Shown piece by piece: positions 39,384-48,219 of a DNA stretch of 64,000 nt. Source of the DNA: a virus. Taxonomy: Duplodnaviria > Caudoviricetes. The stretch spans positions 7,629-71,628 of IMG/VR virus record IMGVR_UViG_3300025600_000018; one strand, given 5' to 3'. Under the pieces are notes generated by a model, which saw only the letters and a list, made by a program, of their open reading frames with translations, made no database searches and had not been told where the DNA came from. The translations under genes were made by a program, and so were the position numbers. The number at the start of each line of letters is the position of its first letter. Position 1 is the stretch's first letter.

Positions 39384-39473
39384 TTACTTACATTTTTTAC
39401 AACTTCTGATACTATCACAATGTTTTTTTGAAACTTTAACTTTTGCTCCGCAATTTGGACAAATTTTAATCAT
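39384..39473 (-). CDS. 29-aa Cys-rich micropeptide upstream of mazF
   Basis: GGAGG SD; MIKICPNCGAKVKVSKKHCDSIRSCKKCK. Confidence 0.5.
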   Translation of the reverse strand: MIKICPNCGAKVKVSKKHCDSIRSCKKCK

Positions 39474-39487
39474 TAAATTTACCTCCA

Positions 39488-39512
39488 TTATTATTTTAGT
39501 TGTGTTATACTA
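39488..39512. repeat. 25-bp intergenic repeat, copy 2
   Basis: Identical to 36886-36910. Confidence 0.8.
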
Positions 39513-40439
39513 TTGTGCTATTCCAAAAAGGTGGTTTATATCCTCTTCACTTGCTATATTTTCGCTTTGTTCTTCCTGCTCTGTGTTATACTTTTCTTTC
39601 AAAACATTATAAAGCTGTCTAATATAAGTAGATATAACCGTACTATCATTAAATTTCTTATATTTTGTGCTTTTATAAATTTGCCATTGTGGAGTATTAA
39701 ATTCTTCATTCATTAAGATACTATATAATGTTGTTCTGATCCATCCAATAGTTTTGATTGGAATTTGAATATCATTTCTTTTGAATAGCAGATATAAAGT
39801 ACATTCTTGATCATAATAACTTGTAACTTCAATAAATTCATTATTTGCCCTTTTATGGTTTAAAAAATCTGTTTCCGCTTGATTTAAAATAGCATTAAGT
39901 TTATCTGCTGCTATTTTTTGTTTTGCTTGTTCTTCTTCATCTCTTTGTTTGCGTTCTGCAATATCTTTTAATTTGCTTTTATCATAAAATATTTGCCTTG
40001 CTGTTATAAGCTGATTAATATATTGTTCTGATTCGCCTTGCTGTTTACACATTTCTATTTCATGCCGTCCAATAAATAAATTATTTTCAAGTTTTAATTC
40101 AATGGTATTTTTAAAGATAGTATAACTGATAGTTTTTGCAAGTGCTGTATATTCTGTTGTAAAATATTCATCGTCTATTAGTTCCTGATCTGCTCTTAAT
40201 TGATAGATATATGAAAAAATTCCATCATAATTACCATATAAATCTATATAATCTGAATAATCCATATTGGGTTTAATGTCGTTTGCATTGACAAATAATG
40301 ATCTAAAATTTTCATTGTTTGTTATGTCTGCAAGATTAATCAGATTTTGTGGATAATACATTGCTTTGTTATCATTCAGATAGATACATTTTTGACGTAT
40401 AATTGTATAACTGTCTTTGTTAATATCTTTTAATTGCAT
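39510..40439 (-). CDS. Hypothetical early protein
   Basis: Likely start MQLK at 40439 after AGGAGG-TTTAACA. Confidence 0.6.
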   Translation of the reverse strand: MQLKDINKDSYTIIRQKCIYLNDNKAMYYPQNLINLADITNNENFRSLFVNANDIKPNMDYSDYIDLYGNYDGIFSYIYQLRADQELIDDEYFTTEYTALAKTISYTIFKNTIELKLENNLFIGRHEIEMCKQQGESEQYINQLITARQIFYDKSKLKDIAERKQRDEEEQAKQKIAADKLNAILNQAETDFLNHKRANNEFIEVTSYYDQECTLYLLFKRNDIQIPIKTIGWIRTTLYSILMNEEFNTPQWQIYKSTKYKKFNDSTVISTYIRQLYNVLKEKYNTEQEEQSENIASEEDINHLFGIAQ

Positions 40440-40494
40440 TGTTAAACCTCCTATAATTGACGGTTTAAGGATCACCGACAACCTTATTTTGATT

Positions 40495-40827
40495 TTATTG
40501 TAATTTTTGTATACCTTTTATATTTTTCATAATTTCAATAGCTTTTTTAAATCTTTCAGCTTGATAATTATTATTTTTATCAATATAATTTTGCATATCT
40601 TTAATTGTTTTTTGTCCATATCCAATAGCTGCTAAAATTGTTTGAGCTTCTTTGACTTCTAATGCTTTTAAAGTTGATATATTAACTTGACATCCATTAT
40701 AACCGCCAACCTGACACAATGGCAAATATCCATCATTCATGTTTTTACCTATATTCCAAATAGTATAACCGTATGGAATTTCTGTTACAACCTCAAAAAT
40801 ATGTTCCCCTTTTATAATATTCTCCAT
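40495..40827 (-). CDS. Conserved hypothetical early protein
   Basis: IWNIGKNM...YLPLC motif; SD GAGGG-AATAACA. Confidence 0.55.
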   Translation of the reverse strand: MENIIKGEHIFEVVTEIPYGYTIWNIGKNMNDGYLPLCQVGGYNGCQVNISTLKALEVKEAQTILAAIGYGQKTIKDMQNYIDKNNNYQAERFKKAIEIMKNIKGIQKLQ

Positions 40828-40867
40828 TGTTATTCCCTCACCTTTTATTAATTTTTGATTATGGTTA

Positions 40868-40896
40868 ATTATATCATCTTATATTTTGTTTGTCAA
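40868..40896 (-). promoter_or_regulatory. Consensus sigmaA promoter
   Basis: TTGACA-17-TATAAT. Confidence 0.8.
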
Positions 40897-40953
40897 GTGT
40901 TTTGTTATAAACTTTTATATTATTTGTATTGTCTGTTGCTGTTATGGTTTTTA

Positions 40954-41358
40954 TTATACAATTTCATTAATATATTGAAATAGTTCTATACTTGCTCGAT
41001 CCGTTACTTTATTGTTATAGTTTATTTCTTCATTGATTAGCCATTGTTTAAGCATCTCAGCAATCCTCAGTTCATTATATTCTGTAATCGTAAAGCCGTT
41101 TGAAGGTGCAAAGAATAAGCAATCATGTATATTTTTATCGTTTGTTAATTCCCTACCATTAATAATTTCAATCCCAATTTCTCCACCATTATCCCATAAT
41201 TGATAAAACATATAATTGTATTTATTATAATTGAATGAATATTCACGCCTTAAAATTAATGTCTTGCCGTTATCTATTTCAGCAACCTTTTTTAAACTTA
41301 CTACTTCAAAACCAAATTCTAAAATTTTTGCTATGTTATTCAATTTTTCTGTTGTCAT
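40954..41358 (-). CDS. Hypothetical early protein
   Basis: Likely start MTTEK at 41358 after GAGGG-AATAACA. Confidence 0.55.
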   Translation of the reverse strand: MTTEKLNNIAKILEFGFEVVSLKKVAEIDNGKTLILRREYSFNYNKYNYMFYQLWDNGGEIGIEIINGRELTNDKNIHDCLFFAPSNGFTITEYNELRIAEMLKQWLINEEINYNNKVTDRASIELFQYINEIV

Positions 41359-41471
41359 TGTTATTCCCTCAGCTTTCATATTTTAGGTTGTGTTATACTC
41401 TGTATGCTATTATGTATTTGTAACGGCTTTTTGATCTTGCAGAAGCTTTAAACTGCTTGTGTTATACTGTT

Positions 41472-42137
41472 TTAGTTAGACATCATATTATATATTGCTT
41501 GTGTTTCATATCTCAAAATTCCCTTGCCGTCTGCTGTTAAGCCGTCCCACATTGCACCCAATAAACCTTTTAATTTTGGTGACTCTTCCATTTCTTTTCT
41601 CACGCTTTGACTTGTTGAATATCCCATGATCTCATAATTTTGTTGTAATTCTTCCAAGCTGTTATATATTTCATTTTTGCCAAGTTCTTTAACAACTTTA
41701 TATACAATTTTTTTGACTGCATCATCATCTGGATCAATTAATACAATTGGTTTTATCTCTGTTTGTGCAATAACATCTTTAAAATATCTTTTATCAAAAC
41801 AACTGTAACGGCTTTCCCTCATTATCATACCATTTTTTTCAACTGGTGCTGTGTATGAATTATCCTCCAAGTCAATCCAACCTTTATATATTGCCATTTC
41901 TGTATTCGGTAAAATTCTTGTACCACTTTTGGATCTCTTGCCTTTTGATACAAAGTATATTACAATACTAAAATCATACTGTGCGTAACTGCTTGTTATC
42001 ATACTAGTAAATTTTGCTTGCCTCACATAAGGAAAACCAAATTCGCTTATACCTGTTATTGTTATTTTATCCCCATCTTGTAAAATGTTTATTGCCTCTG
42101 CTGCTCTTTGTAATCTGCTTGTAGATGTATTTGTCAT
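41472..42137 (-). CDS. Hypothetical early protein
   Basis: Likely start MTNT at 42137 after GGAG-TAATAACA. Confidence 0.55.
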   Translation of the reverse strand: MTNTSTSRLQRAAEAINILQDGDKITITGISEFGFPYVRQAKFTSMITSSYAQYDFSIVIYFVSKGKRSKSGTRILPNTEMAIYKGWIDLEDNSYTAPVEKNGMIMRESRYSCFDKRYFKDVIAQTEIKPIVLIDPDDDAVKKIVYKVVKELGKNEIYNSLEELQQNYEIMGYSTSQSVRKEMEESPKLKGLLGAMWDGLTADGKGILRYETQAIYNMMSN

Positions 42138-42227
42138 TGTTATTACTCCATTCATATTTTATTATTTTAGCTATTAATCTTATATATTGCTTTTTTATTG
42201 GAAGCATAACCAACAACTGTTATTGAT

Positions 42228-42539
42228 TTATATTACCGTTACACCTCCATATGTTACTACGCTATTCCCTAACATTCCTATTGTATCACCTTTAACTGTC
42301 ATCTCTTGTAAACATGCATTAAGCTGTTCTGGTGTCAATGTAAGTGGTAATGCTCCAAAACTTAAATGATAAAAATAGCATCCTTTAAAATTCATTTTGC
42401 CTTTGCCTGTTGTTTTGTCAAAAATTCCTGTTTTGTTATCAGATTGAATAATAAATTGATTTTTTCCGTTAACATCCATTACTAAAAAATCTTGTTCCTT
42501 CCTCATTTTACCTAATTTTAAAAATACATAGTTTCCCAT
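42228..42539 (-). CDS. Hypothetical early protein
   Basis: 103-aa ORF with GGAG SD. Confidence 0.5.
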   Translation of the reverse strand: MGNYVFLKLGKMRKEQDFLVMDVNGKNQFIIQSDNKTGIFDKTTGKGKMNFKGCYFYHLSFGALPLTLTPEQLNACLQEMTVKGDTIGMLGNSVVTYGGVTVI

Positions 42540-42580
42540 TTTAAAAACTCCATTCTTATATTAATTTTATATTGTTGTTA

Positions 42581-43051
42581 TTATCTGATATATAATCCAA
42601 TTCCCTTAATATCTCCAAATTGAAAAGCTGTTAAAGGTTCAATAGAAAATTCGTCTTGATCTGGTTCTGGTTCTTCATCCCATTTTATATATACATTATT
42701 ATCTTCAATTTTTACAATTGATCCATAAGAATAAGGAAACATTGCACCCCAGTAACCTATAATTTTTGATCCAATTTCTGTTTTATTATCTGGTAAAACT
42801 GTTTTTTGAGATAACATATTTAATAATTTTTGTTTATGCTCTTGCAATTCTTCTAATCTCTTTTTGATCTCATTACAACTATTAACTTTTAATTTGTTCG
42901 CCTGTCTACTGTTTCCAAGTTCTTTATTTTCTTCAATCTCCATTTTCAAAACTGTTATACTGTTTTTATACTCTATTGATTTTTTAGCAATTAATTTATT
43001 AGTTTCAATAATTGACTCGTTTACTCTTTTAACCATTTCATTTGATAACAT
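42581..43051 (-). CDS. Hypothetical early protein
   Basis: Coiled coil followed by an SH3-like GYWGAM...VYIKWD segment. Confidence 0.5.
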   Translation of the reverse strand: MLSNEMVKRVNESIIETNKLIAKKSIEYKNSITVLKMEIEENKELGNSRQANKLKVNSCNEIKKRLEELQEHKQKLLNMLSQKTVLPDNKTEIGSKIIGYWGAMFPYSYGSIVKIEDNNVYIKWDEEPEPDQDEFSIEPLTAFQFGDIKGIGLYIR

Positions 43052-43127
43052 TGTAAATTACCACGCTTTCAATTAATTTTATATTACTGTTATTGCCTTA
43101 TGTTTATTAGTATTTGCCATCTCTAAT

Positions 43128-43156
43128 ATTATATTCTCATTGGATGAATTTGTCAA
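43128..43156 (-). promoter_or_regulatory. Consensus sigmaA promoter
   Basis: TTGACA-17-TATAAT. Confidence 0.8.
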
Positions 43157-43210
43157 TACTTTTATTGATTTATTTTATATTAACTTTATTGTTATTGTTT
43201 TGCCGTTTTG

Positions 43211-43414
43211 TTATTGTTTATCTCTGTTTTGTTGCAATGTCTGAAGTGCTGTTGTTATGCCTCTGTTATGCTCTGCTGCGTGGCTGCTGTTGGTGTTATT
43301 GCTGTTAATGTTAACTATTAGGATGATAACGAGAATGAAGGGGATCACATATAATGCAGTGACTGTTATTGATAATATGCGATTGAATATTATTAGGGAT
43401 TTTGATTTTTTCAT
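43211..43414 (-). CDS. Small membrane-anchored/secreted peptide
   Basis: Basic N-terminus, hydrophobic stretch, polar tail. Confidence 0.45.
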   Translation of the reverse strand: MKKSKSLIIFNRILSITVTALYVIPFILVIILIVNINSNNTNSSHAAEHNRGITTALQTLQQNRDKQ

Positions 43415-43462
43415 AGTGTTTTACTTCCTTTTATATTTTATTTGTTTTGTGGTATCTGGTGT

Positions 43463-43660
43463 TTATTGGTGGGAAATTTGATACTCTTCAATATATTTTT
43501 GTGCATCCGCTTCAGTTCTGCAAAATTTACCTATACCACAATAATAATAATTTTCATTGTCAACACTGATTAATACTTGAGCATAAAAATTGTAAATATT
43601 ATCTACTGGAAAATGTAATTTTTCAATATTGAATTTTCTTTTTATATCAACTGTATTCAT
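43463..43660 (-). CDS. Hypothetical early protein
   Basis: YYYCGIGKFC motif. Confidence 0.5.
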   Translation of the reverse strand: MNTVDIKRKFNIEKLHFPVDNIYNFYAQVLISVDNENYYYCGIGKFCRTEADAQKYIEEYQISHQ

Positions 43661-43725
43661 TTATAAAACCATCTTTCTAATAATATTTTGTTGGTGTCTG
43701 GTGTCAAAATTGGCTTGCTGTTATG

Positions 43726-44019
43726 CTAATTATGAATATTCCATTTTTGAAGCCATGTATCAGATACAATAAAATGTTTTTTAATCTTGCAAATTGTAGC
43801 TTCTGTTAAGTCAATAATATCAAAATATTTTTGTGGTATAACGTGCTTTAATCCTAATTTTTCAAGTCTATTTTTACGCTTGTTATAATATCTATTATCT
43901 ATTGTTATACATCCGCAAAACTGATTTAAAAACGTTCCTATATAACATTTATGCCCGTATGCATCTGTTATTCCAATGTCATATATCGCTTTTATGCCGT
44001 CATCTTGAATTATTTTCAT
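43726..44019 (-). CDS. Hypothetical early protein
   Basis: SD GAGG-TAATAACAAA. Confidence 0.5.
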   Translation of the reverse strand: MKIIQDDGIKAIYDIGITDAYGHKCYIGTFLNQFCGCITIDNRYYNKRKNRLEKLGLKHVIPQKYFDIIDLTEATICKIKKHFIVSDTWLQKWNIHN

Positions 44020-44058
44020 TTTGTTATTACCTCACTTCTATATTATTATTTTATTTGT

Positions 44059-44469
44059 TTATGCTATTTTATCATAATTCCGGCTATCTCTTATAACCTT
44101 TACATTTTCCAGTGATTCAAAAGTGTAAATTGATTTTTCTCCATAGTAAACAGATGCTTTTATAAAATATGGTATTAGATTAACTTGTATTTTTTTACCT
44201 TGACTGTTATAGATATTTTCGATATCATTAAAGGATTCAATATAAATGGAGCATTGTGTATAATTATAAGCTGTTAATACTTCATGAATTGTTATATCCT
44301 TTTGAAGTTTAGGAAATATCATTGTATTAATTGTTGTCATCCTTGTATCAATTTTTTGTGTTATTGCTTCAATTATTTCAGTTGATGTAATATAATCTTT
44401 ATTAATATTTTGTAATAGGTTATTAGCTACAATTGTATCTATTTGTATTTTTGTTTGTTTCATTGTCAA
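44059..44469 (-). CDS. Hypothetical early protein
   Basis: 136-aa ORF. Confidence 0.5.
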   Translation of the reverse strand: MTMKQTKIQIDTIVANNLLQNINKDYITSTEIIEAITQKIDTRMTTINTMIFPKLQKDITIHEVLTAYNYTQCSIYIESFNDIENIYNSQGKKIQVNLIPYFIKASVYYGEKSIYTFESLENVKVIRDSRNYDKIA

Positions 44470-44563
44470 TCAATTCCATTTCATATAAATTTTAGTTTCT
44501 GTTATTGCAATTTTCACTTTGTGTTATGTCAATTCAACTTCAATGTATTTTATTTTGACTTTA

Positions 44564-44791
44564 TTAAATAAACTTAAATTTTGCAAATTGTCTATTATTA
44601 TTTACATAATTATTAAAATCTTTTACAGTGCCATTACCAAAATTAAAAGCCTTTTTGATTTTATCCTCAGTCCATTTTATTATTACATTATTGTATTTTT
44701 TGTCAGTTTCAATTGCTATTAATTTACTGTTATTCATTGATATCAATCCTTTACTGTTAGATATTTGTAATTGTTTAATACAGCTTGACAC
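44564..44791 (-). CDS. Hypothetical early protein
   Basis: Start uncertain (probably MNNSK ~44737). Confidence 0.4.
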   Translation of the reverse strand: MSSCIKQLQISNSKGLISMNNSKLIAIETDKKYNNVIIKWTEDKIKKAFNFGNGTVKDFNNYVNNNRQFAKFKFI

Positions 44792-44925
44792 ACTGTAAAT
44801 GCTTGATCCTTTGTTATGTTATACAAATCAGATACTATGTTTTGAGATACAGCTAAACAATTTTTATTTGCTATTGCCTTAACTGTATTATATTGTTTAG
44901 TTGTTATTGTTAATGATTTTTTCAT
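44743..44925 (-). CDS. Hypothetical early protein
   Basis: GGAGGTG SD. Confidence 0.5.
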   Translation of the reverse strand: MKKSLTITTKQYNTVKAIANKNCLAVSQNIVSDLYNITKDQAFTVCQAVLNNYKYLTVKD

Positions 44926-45025
44926 TTTTACACCTCCATTCCAGTCTGTTCAAAATAGCGTTTTTGTTATGAATTTGGAAGCATAACCTTTTTTGTTATT
45001 CTGTTATGCTTCCATTCTGTTATTG

Positions 45026-45481
45026 TTAATATTTGCTATAAGGGTCTATTTCTGAAAGTGATTCAAAGTCAATTAATATTTCATTGTCATATGGTTTATC
45101 TGTCCAGTCTGTTATTCTATAAGAGTCAATTAATCTATTTTCATCATAAGTAACAAATATTTGAATATCACCTTTTTCTTTTTCCCAAAAACTAAAACCG
45201 CATGAGTCACCTTGAATAATTGCAATGCATTCTTCTTGCTTTAACCATTCTTTTTTATTCAATTCATTGTATGGGAATATTAATGATTGTTGTCCGCATT
45301 GTGGTATTAATATTGCATAACTATCTTCATCGCAAACAAGCTCATTGTCTTTATCAGTATAAACAACTCCCCAACCATCTATAGTTGCTTGTCTATATGC
45401 TTCAGATTTTCTGTAAAGTTTCACGATAGGGACAGCAACTATATCAGTAACAAAATATCTGCATTCACATGTTTTTTTCAT
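45026..45481 (-). CDS. Hypothetical early protein
   Basis: 151-aa ORF. Confidence 0.5.
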   Translation of the reverse strand: MKKTCECRYFVTDIVAVPIVKLYRKSEAYRQATIDGWGVVYTDKDNELVCDEDSYAILIPQCGQQSLIFPYNELNKKEWLKQEECIAIIQGDSCGFSFWEKEKGDIQIFVTYDENRLIDSYRITDWTDKPYDNEILIDFESLSEIDPYSKY

Positions 45482-45565
45482 TGTGTAAACCTTCTTTCAT
45501 TTAATATTTTTGGGATAGCGTTTTTAAAGATACGCTTCAAAACTTTTTATATATTGTTTGTTTAA

Positions 45566-45862
45566 TTAAATTTCTTCAATAGTTGTAATACAAATTTTAA
45601 ACAAATTAAAACATATATTTCCAAAAACTTCTTTAATTCCGCAATCACTTAATATTTCGCTTTTATCTAAAATATCGGTAGCTATTTCAATTATTACATC
45701 AGTTGTAGCTTCTTCTCTTGTCATGTTTAATAAGTTTCTATATTCCTCATTGTTTCCTTTTGTGTACCAATTATTTTTAATACATAAGCTTCTTAAATCT
45801 GACATGTTTATTTGTCTAACTTCTTTGTAACCGTATTTACTCATTTTAAAAACTTCTTTCAT
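45566..45862 (-). CDS. Hypothetical early protein (first gene of the left arm)
   Basis: Downstream of the promoter at 45894-45922. Confidence 0.5.
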   Translation of the reverse strand: MKEVFKMSKYGYKEVRQINMSDLRSLCIKNNWYTKGNNEEYRNLLNMTREEATTDVIIEIATDILDKSEILSDCGIKEVFGNICFNLFKICITTIEEI

Positions 45863-45893
45863 AAATTATTTTATATTGCTTGTTTCTATTACT

Positions 45894-45922
45894 ATTATAT
45901 TTTATATTTAACTAATTATCAA
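45894..45922 (-). promoter_or_regulatory. sigmaA promoter starting the left arm
   Basis: TTGATA-17-TATAAT. Confidence 0.7.
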
Positions 45923-46875
45923 TACTTTTATTTTAACGTTTTTATATAATCATTAACAAATGGCTTTACTATGCGATTTATAGCGTATAAAATATATTTT
46001 TAATTATATAATAAAATGATAAAATCGCTTTCACTAACTAAAGTAATATATACTATTAATATGTATTATAAATATATACTTTCAAACTATAGTATATATT
46101 TTATTTAGCTAGGGTTTGAGTCGTTATTTTATATTATAGTAATTGTTTTATGGTATTTATTATATACTATTGATATTATTTAATTATATGGTTTATTATG
46201 GATATATTATATTACTATTATTACTATATAAATATTAAGCATTGCAGCAAATAGATATATTTTTGTATGATCCTATATTGTTTATATATTATTTATAGCC
46301 GTATCTTATATAGTAATATGGTTTATTGCCTTATTGCAATATTGATATAAATATGTGTATTAGTGCATAGCTGGACTTGTAACGTTATCATATGGATATA
46401 GTGATATTGTATTGACTGTATTTGTTTGTGGTCTTATATGGACGTATAGAGGCATAGTATTTTTGTAGTATAGATAGTTAATACATATTATAAGTTGTAT
46501 TATAAGTTGTCCTATTGCATATTTTATATAGTAAATATTTGTATTATATGATATAACAACTATTAATATTTGTCTTATAAGTTGTATTGTTTATGTATAT
46601 TGATAGATGTATCAGGTGTATTGTATTAGCGTATGCGTGATAGTATTAGTTGTATTAGTTATAGTATACTTAATGGCTGTATGCGTGGCTGTATAGACTC
46701 ATAGTATAGTGCAGGTAGTACAATACTATTGGGTGATCTGATAATGGTTATAATAGTAATGGATGCATGATCCTGATATGGTATACTCATAGACTCATGA
46801 TAGATAGTAATAGTAATATCAGGTAGATATATTATACTAATAGTATAGGTTATATAGGTTAATGATTAGAGCAGA

Positions 46876-47167
46876 TTATCTCCTACTAATACAGTATGAT
46901 ATTATAATGTTTATCTCCTACTATAATGGTATGTAATAGAATTGTATTGAAGTATTAGTGTATAGTTTATCTCATAGTAAACATAGTAATATAGTATGAT
47001 ATATGTAGATAATTGTATCTCCTAGTAAAGTGGTATAATATGTATATAATCATCTCCTACTTAAATAGTATGATATAGATATAGTTATAACCTAGTAATA
47101 ATATATGAGATAGACTGTATAACTTCTAGTAGTTTAATAGGTAATGATTGAAGTTATCTCATAGTAA
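46876..47167. repeat. Degenerate direct repeats (T)ATCTC(C/A)TA(C/G)T(A)
   Basis: Copies at 46876, 46911, 46967, 47015, 47051, 47154. Confidence 0.7.
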
Positions 47168-48175
47168 GTTAGTATGCTTTATGTGTTCATATAGACATGG
47201 CGTGTTATCGACTTTTGGCAGGATAAACAATACTATATACATTATACAATTGTAAAGCAAAAAACCTTTACAATAATCAATGCATTCCCAACTTTCACCC
47301 AATTTATGCAAGTAATTAACTGTAATCGATACGATAATACACCAAATAGCATAAAATGGCTTGAATATGCCATAAAATAGTAGTACTCTATCACGCATAG
47401 TATATATAATACTTAATTATATATACATATCAATATAGCAATAATGCGGGTTTACAGCTTTACAACAAATAGCCGGGCGTACTTTACAAATTTTGATCCT
47501 TTAAAATTGCTGCTATTGACCATAGCACATCCACTCACACACCATACCCAATTTTACAAATATCAACACAATATGCAATAATCCAAAATAAATCCAAAAA
47601 TAATATTTCAACCCTAAAATTCACCTAATTCACAACAATCCAACAAATCTCTTATCGTCCCATCCTCGTATAAACTCCCACATAATCAAACTTCCTAGTA
47701 TCACAACACAATCACAAAACTATCTCATCATCAATCCATTCACAACAATACACCATAAAAATAGTATCATTTTATAGCCTAATCCATCTAAATCACTATA
47801 CAAATAATAACCCAAATATACTTCAATAATCTTACAATAATCTACCCAACAAATCAAATAATAAACCAATTATGTAGTTCATAAACCTATTAATAAACTC
47901 ATTCCAAAACAAGATCATATAATTTATCTAATCATAATAAACCCTTATATAATCCCACTTAACAATACTTAATTCAATATAATTATCTAATCCATTAACT
48001 AATAATTAAAAATATCTAATCCAATTATCCAATCCGAATTTAACAATCTATCCTAACCCAATAATCTCTCTGCTCATACAATATTTATGCTGCAAATACT
48101 ATTAATCAAAATATGAAATACCCATTAAATCCATCCATTCTACCGACAACACACCCACTATACCACGACATAATT

Positions 48176-48219
48176 CCCTTCCCATCCCAATACATCCCTC
48201 TCACAATCCCAACAAACCC
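48176..48219 (-). other. Canonical G-quadruplex motif
   Basis: Minus strand GGG-ATGTATT-GGG-AT-GGG-AA-GGG (48176-48198) plus two more G3 tracts. Confidence 0.6.

Noticed and set aside
43211-43414. Signal-peptide ORF resembling an arbitrium AimP/Phr precursor (internal HNRG)
   Set aside because: No adjacent TPR receptor, and the C-terminus lacks an AimP-like mature peptide; the tail is explained by ATAACA-rich DNA.
33344-45862. Depletion of the EndoA target TACAT in early genes
   Set aside because: ATGTA occurs several times on the plus strand there (e.g. ~34663, ~37849, ~43612), so no obvious avoidance; a formal count is needed.
47159-47398. 79-aa minus-strand ORF in the divergence zone
   Set aside because: No SD, atypical composition, and it overlaps motifs shared with the iteron locus; treated as non-coding.
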